NCBI GenBank assembly: GCA_034669905.1
Contig: JAXMOL010000013.1
Location: forward strand, 81,862-145,861
Length of the DNA: 64,000 nucleotides
Direction: 5' to 3'
From: Candidatus Hydrogenedentota bacterium
GTDB taxonomy: Bacteria; Hydrogenedentota; Hydrogenedentia; Hydrogenedentales; JAEUWI01
Shown: in pieces, positions 37,289-47,000 of the stretch
Layout of the letters: every line of letters starts with the position of its first letter
Numbering within the stretch: the stretch's first letter is position 1
Made by a program: the position numbers and the translations under genes
The notes under the pieces: model-generated
Database searches by the model: none
What the model saw: only the letters and a program-made list of their open reading frames with translations
What the model was told of the DNA's origin: nothing

Positions 37289-39310
37289 ATGGAAGGCTTC
37301 AAAGGGCTGGGCGGACTTCGCCCGAGCACCATTTTGCTGGCGGGCTTGTCCCTGTCGATAGGCTGGGGGATTCGGGGGAATTTTGGCCATGAGTATGGCG
37401 CCATGATTCCCGGGGCCCTCACCGCCATCGCGGTGTGTCTGCTATCTGGGCGGGATGACTGGCGCGATCGGGTGGCCTATTTCGGCATGTTTGGTGCCCT
37501 GGGCTGGGCCTTTGGCGGCTCTATGTCGTACATGCAGGTGGTGGCCTACACCCACTCGGGTCAATTGGCGAGCCAGCATTTTGGATTCTTTGGCCTGTTC
37601 TTCATCGGCTTCCTCTGGGCGGCCATGGGGGGCGCGGGTACGGCCTTTCCGGCGGTGGTGGACAAGGAGCGTCTCACCGCCATCTTCCGACCCCTGTGCT
37701 GGATATTCGTAGGCTGGATTATCTTTAATAAGTTCCTGCTCTATTATTTCGAGACCCTCTTTCCCGCCAATTATGACGCCACGTGGTCCCGCCAGGCGGC
37801 CTACACCTATTGGTTTGATGCGGACTGGATGGAGACGACTGCGGCCATCGTTGTCCTGCTGGCCTTTGAGTTGTGGGACAACCGTGCGGAGCACCTGGGG
37901 CGCTTTAAGGTGGCGTTGTTGCCCCTCTGTGTGGGGGCCTTTGCGCTGCTGGGATTTCTCGTCCACCTGGTGCTGTATTTCACGGGGACGGACACGGTCG
38001 TGGCAAATGCCCTCGTGCACTATCAGGTAAGCCCGGAGTTTGTGGCAGCGGCCGCGGTGGAACGGGGACTGAGCGAAGCGGCAGTCTTGTCGGACCAATT
38101 GATCAACTGGCCCAATGTGGTGTTGTTTTTTCCGGAGCACGTGGGGTGGTTTATCGGGGCCCTCATCGGGCTGGCGGTGTATTTCGTACGCTTCGGCCGA
38201 TTCGGTTCCGGGGCCTCCCTCTTCATGCACATGTGCCTCGGTTGGTTCGGGTGTTTCCTACTCTTTCCCGTGCTGCTCGGCCACCCCATTTACGAGGGCG
38301 AAATGTGGTTTCGCATGACCCCGCCCCGGGGCGACAACTGGGCGGGTGTTCTCGGTGTGGTCATTGGCACGGCCATCTGGTTGATTCGGAATCAATACGT
38401 CCCCGTGGTCTACGCCATGCTGGTCAGTGGCATCATTGGGGGGCTGGGCTTTTCCGGCGGACAGCTCATCAAACTCATGGGCCTTCGGCCGGGGAACCGT
38501 GAGGTCACCGCCGACCCCGCGATTGTGGAGCAGTGGACCCATTGGAACAGCGCCAACTGGCACAGCATCCTGGAACAGACCTATGGCTTTTTCAACGGCG
38601 TGGGGATTGCCATTGCCATGGGCCTGTTGGCGACCCGCGTGGGACGGAACGATGGGAAGCCCACGAAGCACCGTTGGACGGCGGTCTTCGCGGTCGCCTT
38701 CGTGTTGTTTGGTGTTTCCTATCTCAACATGTTCAAGAATGTGTTGCAGTGGGTGAAAGATGATGCCCTGCCCGCTGTCATGGCCATGCCGTTGGTGGAT
38801 GGGGTGGAGTGGTCCGCCGCCGTCTGGTTTAACATCATCTTCGGATTCGCGGCCCTCGTGGGGGTCATCCTGCTGTCCCGCCATTTGCGGAATCCGATTG
38901 CCTTGGTACCCGCGACGGCGGTTGGTAAAGGGCAATTGCTCTATATCGCCTTCCTTGCGACGGTTACCGTGATGAACTTCGAGCGGGCACTTGCGGCCTT
39001 CAGTGCCGGTCGCCTCATCACCGAAGGGGTGATTTTTCTGAATGCCATTGTGGCGGTCCTGCTCATCGTGCTCCTGCCGCGGGAAGGCAAGACCGTCCCC
39101 CGTGTGGGCCTCGTCGATTACGGACATAGCCTGTATCGCACGGCTTGGTTAGGGTTGGTTGCGTTGTTGATTGCAACGTTGGGGATGACCTGGGTTGCCC
39201 GCGGACTCTATGGGAGTAGTTTTTCCGGCCATGCGGGTGAGCAATTCCGCTTTGGAGACGACGCCACCTGGAAAGTAAAGCCCACGGAGAAAAGCAAGAA
39301 GCACAGCTGA
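37289..39310 (+). CDS. Polytopic membrane protein of unknown function
   Basis: 673 aa with many Gly-rich TM segments and a GWGIRGNFGHEYGAM motif; GGAGG RBS upstream. Confidence 0.75.
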   Translation: MEGFKGLGGLRPSTILLAGLSLSIGWGIRGNFGHEYGAMIPGALTAIAVCLLSGRDDWRDRVAYFGMFGALGWAFGGSMSYMQVVAYTHSGQLASQHFGFFGLFFIGFLWAAMGGAGTAFPAVVDKERLTAIFRPLCWIFVGWIIFNKFLLYYFETLFPANYDATWSRQAAYTYWFDADWMETTAAIVVLLAFELWDNRAEHLGRFKVALLPLCVGAFALLGFLVHLVLYFTGTDTVVANALVHYQVSPEFVAAAAVERGLSEAAVLSDQLINWPNVVLFFPEHVGWFIGALIGLAVYFVRFGRFGSGASLFMHMCLGWFGCFLLFPVLLGHPIYEGEMWFRMTPPRGDNWAGVLGVVIGTAIWLIRNQYVPVVYAMLVSGIIGGLGFSGGQLIKLMGLRPGNREVTADPAIVEQWTHWNSANWHSILEQTYGFFNGVGIAIAMGLLATRVGRNDGKPTKHRWTAVFAVAFVLFGVSYLNMFKNVLQWVKDDALPAVMAMPLVDGVEWSAAVWFNIIFGFAALVGVILLSRHLRNPIALVPATAVGKGQLLYIAFLATVTVMNFERALAAFSAGRLITEGVIFLNAIVAVLLIVLLPREGKTVPRVGLVDYGHSLYRTAWLGLVALLIATLGMTWVARGLYGSSFSGHAGEQFRFGDDATWKVKPTEKSKKHS

Positions 39311-39352
39311 GTTTCGGCACCACCGTATTCAGGTGCCACATGTACATCCTTT

Positions 39353-39397
39353 ACGCCGCCGGGCGGGAGTAATTCCTGTCCGGCGGCGTTTTGTTTT
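39353..39397 (+). terminator. Rho-independent terminator
   Basis: acgccgccgggcggga gtaa ttcctgtccggcggcgt followed by tttgtttt. Confidence 0.75.
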
Positions 39398-39404
39398 GCC
39401 CTCC

Positions 39405-40140
39405 TTGGTAAAGCCGCGAGCAAGCTCGCTCCGTGAAAACGTAAGCAAGCTTACGCACTCCAGGGGGCTTGCCTTGTTTTCGGGAGGGATACTCTTTGGA
39501 GTGTGGCAGCTTGCTGCCGCCCTTATTTGGGGAGCTTGCTCCCCGGGGTGGTACGGTCGGCGGGTAATCCGCGTGGGCCACGTTGGATTCAGCGCCATTC
39601 TTGGTAATGCCGCGAGCAAGCTCGCTCCGTGAAAGCGTAAGCAAGCTTACGCACTCCAGAGGTTGCCCCTGGATGATCGAAGTGCGCCTTCTTTGGAGTG
39701 TGGCAGCTTGCTGCCGCCCTTATTTGGGGAGCTTGCTCCCCGGGGTGGGGCGGAATGAGGCGTGTCGGCGTGGGTCATGTCGCGCGTGGGCATGCTTTCG
39801 AGATTAGGCGGGTGTGGACGGCGGTGTACGGATGTCTGGCAACCCGAAAATGTACTGAGGGTATTAGTCCGCGTAGCGGATGACGGCTTAAAGCCTGGGG
39901 TAGAGCGTAGCGGAACCCCAGGAACAGATTTCGAAAAAGTACTAACCCGCGTAGCGGGTGACGGAAGGGCACCGTTGGGGGTGTAGATGCGCCGATGGAA
40001 CACTTCGAGGTCCCGCCACCCGCTTCGTGGGTGGAATGTAAAGACTGATGGCGCCGGATGATTGCGTCCAATTTCGCCTCGTTGCGACCGCGAGCAAGCT
40101 CGCTTATAGAAAGCGTAAGCAAGCTTACGCACTCCAGAGG
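39405..40140. repeat. Composite REP-like cluster, left of the DUF1559 gene
   Basis: Family A four-hairpin unit at ~39405-39551 and 39601-39753, with a half copy at 40088-40140. Family B (ccgcgtagcgg...cctgggg...ccccagg...acccgcgtagcgggt) at ~39868-39964. Confidence 0.85.
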
Positions 40141-40161
40141 GTGCCCTCTTGGCGCAAGGCG

Positions 40162-40238
40162 TATTTAGGCAAGCCTAAATAAAAATTGATCTATTATGTA
40201 TTTCATGATAGGATTTTAAAAATTAGGAGTAACTAAAT
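40162..40238 (+). promoter_or_regulatory. Sigma-70 promoter flanked by DtxR/MntR-like operator boxes
   Basis: Palindrome TATTTAGGC-AA-GCCTAAATA (40162-40181); TTGATC-N17-TAGGAT (40186-40214); degenerate second box AATTAGG-AGTA-ACTAAAT (40221-40238). Confidence 0.6.
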
Positions 40239-40267
40239 AATAAATTAAAGAAGCAACAATACGTCCA

Positions 40268-41263
40268 ATGGAGAATCTGATCATGAAAACACGCAACGGA
40301 TTTACCCTTATCGAACTCCTGGTGGTCATCGCCATCATCGGTATTCTGGCGGCCATCCTGCTCCCGGCCCTCGCCCGGGCACGGGAGGCTGCGCGTCGGG
40401 CCAGCTGCCAGAACAATCTCAAGCAGCTGGGCATCGTCTTTAAGATGTACAGCAACGAAAGCGCGGGGGAGTTGTATCCCTCCATGAAAAACTACCACTG
40501 TGACGGCACCATCAGCGCCTGGGAGCAGATTTACGATCCGGCCCAGATCTATCCCGAATACCTCAATGACCTCGACGTGGGGATTTGCCCGAGCAATCCC
40601 AACGGCACGACGGCGGTGGAAACCTGGGACCGGGGAAACACGGGGAGTGACAACGCCCTGTCTAACGAGGTGGCCCCTTATCTGGACAATGGCCGGGTGG
40701 ACTTGTGTGAGGTGACCGATCATCCCTACACGTATATCGGATGGGTTATCACCCCCGAGATGACCGATGACCCCACGGATGTGGCGGCCTTTGAGGCCGA
40801 GGTGATCGCCCAGGGCAATGCCATTTTTGCGGACCCGTTCATGGTGGAGGAAGATTGGCCTGTGGCGGCGGGACTGGGCAATGGTGGGGGCGACACGATT
40901 TCCCGGTTGCGCGAGGGGATCGAGCGCTTCCTGATTACAGACATCAACAATCCCGGCGGGAGTGCCAAGGCCCAGTCGCAACTCTACATCATGGGCGATA
41001 ACATTGCCGACGACGGCCACTTCAACCACGTGCCGGGCGGCTGCAACATCCTCTACATGGACGGGCACGTAGCCTATGTGAAGTGGGGGCAGGCCGAAGG
41101 CACGGCGACATTCAACGGCATCGCCTTCCCCAGTAACCGCCTCTTTCCCATGAACGTCTATGGGATTATTTTCCACACCATGCTGCACCGATTCAGCGAT
41201 GGTCCGGAAAACGAGTTCTACGTCAACACACCCTACCCCGGAGCCTTTCCTGGAGAGATCTGA
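40268..41263 (+). CDS. DUF1559 prepilin-type N-terminal methylation / H-X9-DG domain protein
   Basis: [43 protein letters not shown] and C-terminal [16 protein letters not shown]. Confidence 0.93.
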   Translation: MENLIMKTRNGFTLIELLVVIAIIGILAAILLPALARAREAARRASCQNNLKQLGIVFKMYSNESAGELYPSMKNYHCDGTISAWEQIYDPAQIYPEYLNDLDVGICPSNPNGTTAVETWDRGNTGSDNALSNEVAPYLDNGRVDLCEVTDHPYTYIGWVITPEMTDDPTDVAAFEAEVIAQGNAIFADPFMVEEDWPVAAGLGNGGGDTISRLREGIERFLITDINNPGGSAKAQSQLYIMGDNIADDGHFNHVPGGCNILYMDGHVAYVKWGQAEGTATFNGIAFPSNRLFPMNVYGIIFHTMLHRFSDGPENEFYVNTPYPGAFPGEI

Positions 41264-41352
41264 GTCCCGTGCCACCCGCTGGTCTTCGGTCCGCTTCGCG
41301 GGTAGAACGTGAGGCATGGTTACGTCGAATCAAATCGAATCAACGCCATCCA

Positions 41353-42271
41353 TGGTAATGCCGCGAGCAAGCTCGCTGAGGGAAAGCGTAAGCAAGCTTA
41401 CGCACTCCAGAGGTTGCCCCTTGGATGATTGAAGTGCGCCCTCTTTGGCGTGTGGCAGCTTGCTGCCGCCCTTCTTTGGGGAGCTTGCTCCCCAGGGTGG
41501 GGCGGTAGACGGTTTCCGCGTGGGCATCATCTGGGACGAGACAACCCAAACGGATGCAAGCGGAAAGTTCTTGTTCAAGAACCTGCCTGTGGGAAAAGCC
41601 ATGGTAAGTGATGGGCTCGGTAACTCGAAAGGAGCGGATTGGGAAGATCACTATGTCTCCGATGACGTGGGAAACGATTTGGACGACGTTTTTATTCAGT
41701 CGGGACAAACCGTGTGGGTGGTACTTGGAGAGCCGGGCGCATCCCATGCGGAATAGCGTTTGCTGCCTTCTATTGGGCAGTAGGCGCGTGAGGACGGCGG
41801 TGTGCGTATAATTTCGTGGCAAAGAATAGAGTTCGGCTTCTAATCCGCGTAGCGGATGACAGCGTAGAGCCTGGGGTGGAGCGCAGCGGAACCCCGGGAA
41901 CACGCGTCAGAAGCCGCGCAAACCCGCGAAGCGGGTGGCGGCGAGGTGACCATCGGGGTTAGCGGGAGGTTAAGGGCATATCGAGATTGCTGCCACCCGC
42001 GCCGCGGGTTCATGGTTTATCGCCCACCTAATCTGGGGTTCGCTCGTGCCTCGCTTCACCCCAGGCTTTAGGCCGTTACCCGCTCCGCGGGTGAAATGCG
42101 CAGGATGATTTCGTCGGATGATCGCGTCCGGACTTGGCATTCGTAATGCCGCGAGCAAGCTCGCTGAGGGAAAGCGTAAGCAAGCTTACGCACTCCAGAG
42201 GTTGCCCCTTGGATGATTGAAGTGCGCCCTTCTTTGGGGAGCTTGCTCCCCAGGGTGGGGCGGTAGACGGT
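41353..42271. repeat. Composite REP-like cluster, right of the DUF1559 gene
   Basis: Family A at ~41353-41512 and 42144-42271. Family B forward at ~41844-41940 and inverted at ~41989-42092. Confidence 0.85.
41522..41756 (+). pseudogene. Orphan 3' gene fragment (carboxypeptidase-regulatory-like repeat)
   Basis: Frame reads IIWDETTQTDASGKFLFKNLPVGKAMV...QSGQTVWVVLGEPGASHAE*. Its upstream part runs into repeat DNA with no credible start. Confidence 0.5.
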
Positions 42272-42333
42272 GTGCCAGCGCGGGACATTTCGGGCGTATC
42301 ATCTCCTGGTGAATGGCGAATAGGGCGCAGTCC

Positions 42334-43749
42334 CTAATCTACCAGAATGATTTCCACCTGCTTGCTCTTTTCGCCGCCGGGGTGGAAGAGCACGATGTCT
42401 TTGTGTTCTTCCGTGCGGAGGGCGACGCTGCGGGCCTGTCCGAAGCTGGGAATTTCCACCACGTGGGTGGGGCGGGATTCGATGAGTTCGTCGGCGGTGC
42501 CGAGGTGAATGGCGAGGGAGTCAACGGTCCGGCTGAAGGCGATGTCGATACGCTTGTCGCCGTCGAAGTCACCCATGGTGTAGGCCACTTGCTCGCGGCC
42601 TTCGGGGGCATCCATAGTGAGGGCCGTGTGAAAGCTCGGGGTGTCCGGATAGCCCTTGCCGTCGAAGGGATAGACATCGAGGTTTACGGCTACCTTGCCC
42701 CGCATGAAGAAGTTCATCAGGTTTTTGATACCGAAGGGGATGTTAATGACCATGACGTCTTTTTCTTCGTCGCCATCCACATCGAGGATGAGGGGGCTCA
42801 CCAGGGCACCCTTGGCGATGAAGGTAGCACTGGGTTCTTCGGGGTAGGTGTAGGGCGCGTCGGCGATGTAGATTTGGGTCTGGGCTTCGAGCTTGGCCGT
42901 GCCCCGTGTCTGGGTGACGACCAGGTCGGGGAAGCCATCGTTGTTGATATCTTCCATGCGGGAGCTCGCTTCCCACTTCTCTTCCAGATTCACCGGAATC
43001 TTGAAGCGCCAGTGCTCCTGCCAGTTATCGCCGTAGGCGAAGTCGGCAAACTCGTCGCTCAGCATGGCAAGGCCCTTCACCTTCGAGTCGGGGATGTCGT
43101 AGGGCAAGAGGGCGGGAAAGCGGTGGTAGACGTAGATGCTACTGCCGCGACGCAACTCACTGTACATGTCGCAGGGAACCTTCGCGATGGACCGCTCTCC
43201 GTGGCGGAGTTCGTAGCCTTCGGGTACCGGAATGAGCCATTCTTCAATGCCGTCGCCATCCAGATCGACGGCGCCCCGCTCCAGCATGATGGGGTTCTTG
43301 GAGGCGGTGGGGTAGAGGGAGTGAAAGACCGGGGTGCTGTGTTCCTTAAAGGCGCCGTCGGAAAAGGTGTAGACCGTGGCTCCCGAGCCGTGGATAGCGA
43401 CGAGTTCACGGGGCGCGGTGCCATCCACTTCCGCGAAAAAGAGGGCCGCGATTTCCGGGGCGAGGGCCAGCTCGGAGGTCGCCTTCTCAGGATATTTTCC
43501 CCCCCCATTGGCCACAAACACGGAGGCGGACTTTTCCAGGGGGTAGCTGTTTTCATCGCAGCCCAGGAAGAGGAGATCGCGGACCCCGTCGCCGTTGAGG
43601 TCTTCGGCTGCCACATCCCAGACGGGCAGGGTGTTGGGGAGGCTATACGTGGTGACGGGTCCTGCGGCCGGGGCCGAGGCGAATCCAAAGAGGAGGGTGC
43701 TTCCTGCCATTAGGACAAGCGCGGCGTATACGGGGGTGCGTGTAGTCAA
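42334..43749 (-). CDS. Secreted FG-GAP/VCBS repeat protein
   Basis: DLNGDGVRDL, DLDGDGIEE, DINNDGFPDL, DVDGDEEKD, GDFDGDKRIDI; signal peptide. Confidence 0.8.
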   Translation of the reverse strand: MTTRTPVYAALVLMAGSTLLFGFASAPAAGPVTTYSLPNTLPVWDVAAEDLNGDGVRDLLFLGCDENSYPLEKSASVFVANGGGKYPEKATSELALAPEIAALFFAEVDGTAPRELVAIHGSGATVYTFSDGAFKEHSTPVFHSLYPTASKNPIMLERGAVDLDGDGIEEWLIPVPEGYELRHGERSIAKVPCDMYSELRRGSSIYVYHRFPALLPYDIPDSKVKGLAMLSDEFADFAYGDNWQEHWRFKIPVNLEEKWEASSRMEDINNDGFPDLVVTQTRGTAKLEAQTQIYIADAPYTYPEEPSATFIAKGALVSPLILDVDGDEEKDVMVINIPFGIKNLMNFFMRGKVAVNLDVYPFDGKGYPDTPSFHTALTMDAPEGREQVAYTMGDFDGDKRIDIAFSRTVDSLAIHLGTADELIESRPTHVVEIPSFGQARSVALRTEEHKDIVLFHPGGEKSKQVEIILVD

Positions 43750-43846
43750 CGAGAATCTCCCTCACCACCTGGGGCGGTGTCGTTTGTCGTGTCGGCTACC
43801 TCCAGGGGCACGACTGCCCTACAGGTAGTGTCGACCAGACGGATTG

Positions 43847-44341
43847 TTACAGGAGTTTATTCATCTTCTGGCGCAGGGTCTCACTCTTTGCCAAGGCGGT
43901 TTCGAGCTGTTTGATGCGCGCGTCGTCTTTTTCTTTCTTGGCCGCGTCGAGGGCTTCGATCAAAACATCGGTCATGTCTTTGAGTTGTTCAAAGAGCATT
44001 TCGGTCATTTCTTCTTTCGAGGGAAAGCGGGTTTTTATGATGGCCCGTTGCCCCATATTAATGCCGGCCGATTCAAAGGTCTTTCGATCAATGGCCTCAT
44101 CCATGGAGGGGCCTTCCATGACTTCAATCTGGGCATGGGGCCGGAGGAAATCGAGCAGTTCTTTTCTTTCCAGCTTTCCACATTCCGGGTCGCGGCGGCA
44201 AAATTCCAGGAGGGTATCAACCGGCACCAGGGGGTTGCTGGATTCCCGCAGGTAGTGGAGACACTTTTCTTCTATTTTTTCCAGATTCATACCAAAACTC
44301 CGGGGAAAGGGGATGATGTTATCGTGCCGGTCTTCATTCAT
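43847..44341 (-). CDS. Hypothetical protein
   Basis: 164-aa charged, helical-looking ORF co-oriented with its neighbours; start uncertain. Confidence 0.6.
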   Translation of the reverse strand: MNEDRHDNIIPFPRSFGMNLEKIEEKCLHYLRESSNPLVPVDTLLEFCRRDPECGKLERKELLDFLRPHAQIEVMEGPSMDEAIDRKTFESAGINMGQRAIIKTRFPSKEEMTEMLFEQLKDMTDVLIEALDAAKKEKDDARIKQLETALAKSETLRQKMNKLL

Positions 44342-44480
44342 AAGGCCGGGTGCTTACCGGGGAAGGTGGGGCGAAACACACGGTACCCATGAAGCGTTTC
44401 AGGTGTCGTCATGGCCTTTCCCTTATTCCAGTTGCTGTGCGGACCCGATGCGACAGAAGGGGGCGCACCGGGCACGGGCA

Positions 44481-46961
44481 CTATTCGTTTTCTTCCAACA
44501 GATTCGCGGCGGTGACGGCCCACGTGCTCCGATCGACGAGCAGGGTCTTTACTTCGTAGGCATCGAAGGGCACGCGGACTTCCTGATTCATGAGGGGCAG
44601 TTGAATGGTGGCGTTAACCGCCTGGCCATGGGTTTCATAGCCGCGAATAACGAGGTTGTCGCTGTCTTCCTGCTCCTTGAGGACCGTTAAGACAACATTG
44701 TCCGCATCACAGGATAGCATGCTGCCCGATGCCGGGCGTTTCCCCTGGTGGGCCGATTCCACATGGGCGATACACGGGGCATTGTGTTCCCACGCCAATC
44801 GGGGGGTGTTGGCGGCGCGCCAGTCCCCGGCATGGGGGTAGATCTGAAAGGCGACGTCGTGGCGGCCCTGGTCCATGATGGGCATCCGGGTGTCGGGGGT
44901 ATAGCGGGCCGGATCGTGGTGGGCGTAGGCAGGACTGCGGAGGATGGTCATCCGCATGATGCCGCCGCGCACGTCGAAGCTGTACTGGCCGTCGTTGAGG
45001 ATGCTGAGGCCATAGGGCTTCCCGTCGATGGTGCCGCTGAGGTCAAACCACTGCTGACCGGGCTCTTCTTCGCCTTTGTTGTCCCGCACCTGGTGGGCGT
45101 AGGGCGTTTCGAAGGTGGCCGTACCGTCGACAATAGCTGTCTCAAAGCCCACCTTGAGCATGTGATAGGTTTCTTGCCAATTCACCGAGAGTTTGCAATC
45201 GATGCGCGGGGTGTCGCGGTAGAGGGTCAATTCCTGGGTGGCACTTGAATTGCCAAAGCGCGATTGAATCTGGATGGTGGCCAGCACGTCTCCTTCTTCA
45301 ATCAGTTGCAGTCGGGCCTCGCCAAAGCGACCGGCTTCGATGCGGTACTCTTTCACTTCATGGCTCCACGTGTCGGAATTGTCCTGAATGGCCGACAGGA
45401 GGAGTCCGCCCGTAAGCACGTTGACGCCCTGCGCTTTATCATAGAGGCCGGTGATGTGGCCGTCGTAGGGATCCAACTCGATACGCCACCACTGATTCTC
45501 GAGCCCGGTCCGTGTGGCGGCCAGGGGTGCTTCCGTACGGGCGCTCGAATCGGTGAGGCGCGCGTGGAAGGAGCGGTAGCCCAGTGCAGGCACCTCGGCG
45601 AGGAAAGCATAGCGCCGTCCGGCAAAGGGCATGCGGCTGAGGGACTCGCCGGTCACTTCCTGCACCGGTACGGGAGTTTCGTGCTCGTCCACCAGGGTCA
45701 ACGGCGTGTTGACATTGTCGAGCATGTGAAAGGGTGCACCATGTTCGCGGCGGATGATGGGCGATGCCAACACGGGTTGGAGGACGGGCCAGGGCAGGGG
45801 ATTAAAGATGACCAGCGTGTTGCCTTTGGCCGTCGTGTCGATGTCCCGGGCGATGGTTTGGATGGACTCGTTGATGATGGTTTTGGCCCGATGGCGGGCG
45901 GCACCCAGTTGGTCCCGGGTATCTTCGTAAGAAGATTCGAGACTCGTGCCTGCGATGATGTCGTGGAAGTGGTTGTAAAGGAGGTCTTTCCACGATTCTT
46001 CGAGGGCCGCCTTCGGGTAGTTATTGGCCCGGAGCAGTCCCGCCATGGTGGCCAGGCGCTCGGCGGTGAGGAGGCTGTGCTCCACCTTCCGGTTCCACCG
46101 CTTTACCCCGGCGTGCACACTGTAGCAGCCCCGCGCATGGTGCTGGAGCTCGGTCTTGGTGACGGGAAAGGAATCGAGGTCCTTTTCCAGGGATTTGTAA
46201 AAGCCTTCGAGGGTGGAAAACACGGGCTTGAGTGGGCCGTCTTCCTTCTGGAGCGCAAGGATATCGGCAATCGCCGCTTTCGTGGGGCCGCCGCCATGAT
46301 TGCCGACGCCGTAGAAACCGAGAATGTGTGACTGGCCCGGGTTCAACTGGGGGTTGTTGGGGAGGGACTCCATGCGGGCGCGGGTTTCGTCCCAGCAATT
46401 GTAGTCCGGTCCCAGGTTACTCGTAAGCACCCGGCTGCCGTCGGGGGCTTCCCACCAGAAGGTCGTGCCGCCGGGGTAGTCCCGCTCGTCCACGGCCATG
46501 GGGCGCATGAAGATGTAATGATTCATGCCCAGGCCCTTGAGGAGCTGGGGGAGATTGCCGGGGTGGCCGAAGGTGTCGGGATTGAATCCAATGACCGCTT
46601 TTTTGCCGAATTCCTGTTGGAAGAAACGCTGGCCATAAAGCCCCTGGCGCACGAGGGATTCGCCCGATGGGACGTTGCAATCGGGTTCGATCCACATGCC
46701 GCCCACGATTTCCCAGCGTCCTTCTTCGATGCGCTGCCGGATCTCTTCGAACATATCGGGGTCAGCGGCCTTTACCCAGGCGTAGAAGCAGGGGCTGCTG
46801 GCTGTAAAGGTAAACTCGGGCGTTTCCTTCATGCGATCCAAGGCGCTGCGGAACGTGGCACGGACTTCTTCATAGCCTTCGGTCCAGCGCCAGAGCCAGG
46901 TGGGGTCGATGTGGCCATGGCCGATCATATGGAGGGTGTAGGACGGGGATTCGTTGCTCAC
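44481..46961 (-). CDS. Alpha-mannosidase, glycoside hydrolase family 38
   Basis: GHGHIDPTWLW, GESLVRQ, PDTFGH, YGVGNHGGGP, HFHDIIAGTS. No signal peptide. Confidence 0.92.
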   Translation of the reverse strand: MSNESPSYTLHMIGHGHIDPTWLWRWTEGYEEVRATFRSALDRMKETPEFTFTASSPCFYAWVKAADPDMFEEIRQRIEEGRWEIVGGMWIEPDCNVPSGESLVRQGLYGQRFFQQEFGKKAVIGFNPDTFGHPGNLPQLLKGLGMNHYIFMRPMAVDERDYPGGTTFWWEAPDGSRVLTSNLGPDYNCWDETRARMESLPNNPQLNPGQSHILGFYGVGNHGGGPTKAAIADILALQKEDGPLKPVFSTLEGFYKSLEKDLDSFPVTKTELQHHARGCYSVHAGVKRWNRKVEHSLLTAERLATMAGLLRANNYPKAALEESWKDLLYNHFHDIIAGTSLESSYEDTRDQLGAARHRAKTIINESIQTIARDIDTTAKGNTLVIFNPLPWPVLQPVLASPIIRREHGAPFHMLDNVNTPLTLVDEHETPVPVQEVTGESLSRMPFAGRRYAFLAEVPALGYRSFHARLTDSSARTEAPLAATRTGLENQWWRIELDPYDGHITGLYDKAQGVNVLTGGLLLSAIQDNSDTWSHEVKEYRIEAGRFGEARLQLIEEGDVLATIQIQSRFGNSSATQELTLYRDTPRIDCKLSVNWQETYHMLKVGFETAIVDGTATFETPYAHQVRDNKGEEEPGQQWFDLSGTIDGKPYGLSILNDGQYSFDVRGGIMRMTILRSPAYAHHDPARYTPDTRMPIMDQGRHDVAFQIYPHAGDWRAANTPRLAWEHNAPCIAHVESAHQGKRPASGSMLSCDADNVVLTVLKEQEDSDNLVIRGYETHGQAVNATIQLPLMNQEVRVPFDAYEVKTLLVDRSTWAVTAANLLEENE

Positions 46962-47000
46962 GGTATGCTCTCTCGGTTACGGGTAACAGGGCTGCGTCAA

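Noticed and set aside
39329..40132. Short ORFs over the repeats (also 41330-42288 and 59137-60501)
   Set aside because: They are translations of palindromic repeat DNA with the same peptides recurring, and have no RBS or domain.
39405..42271. Repeat clusters as a CRISPR array or integron attC array
   Set aside because: Units are ~150 bp, irregularly spaced and lack uniform spacers. I saw no attC-type RYYYAAC/GTTRRRY ends and no cas or integrase gene.
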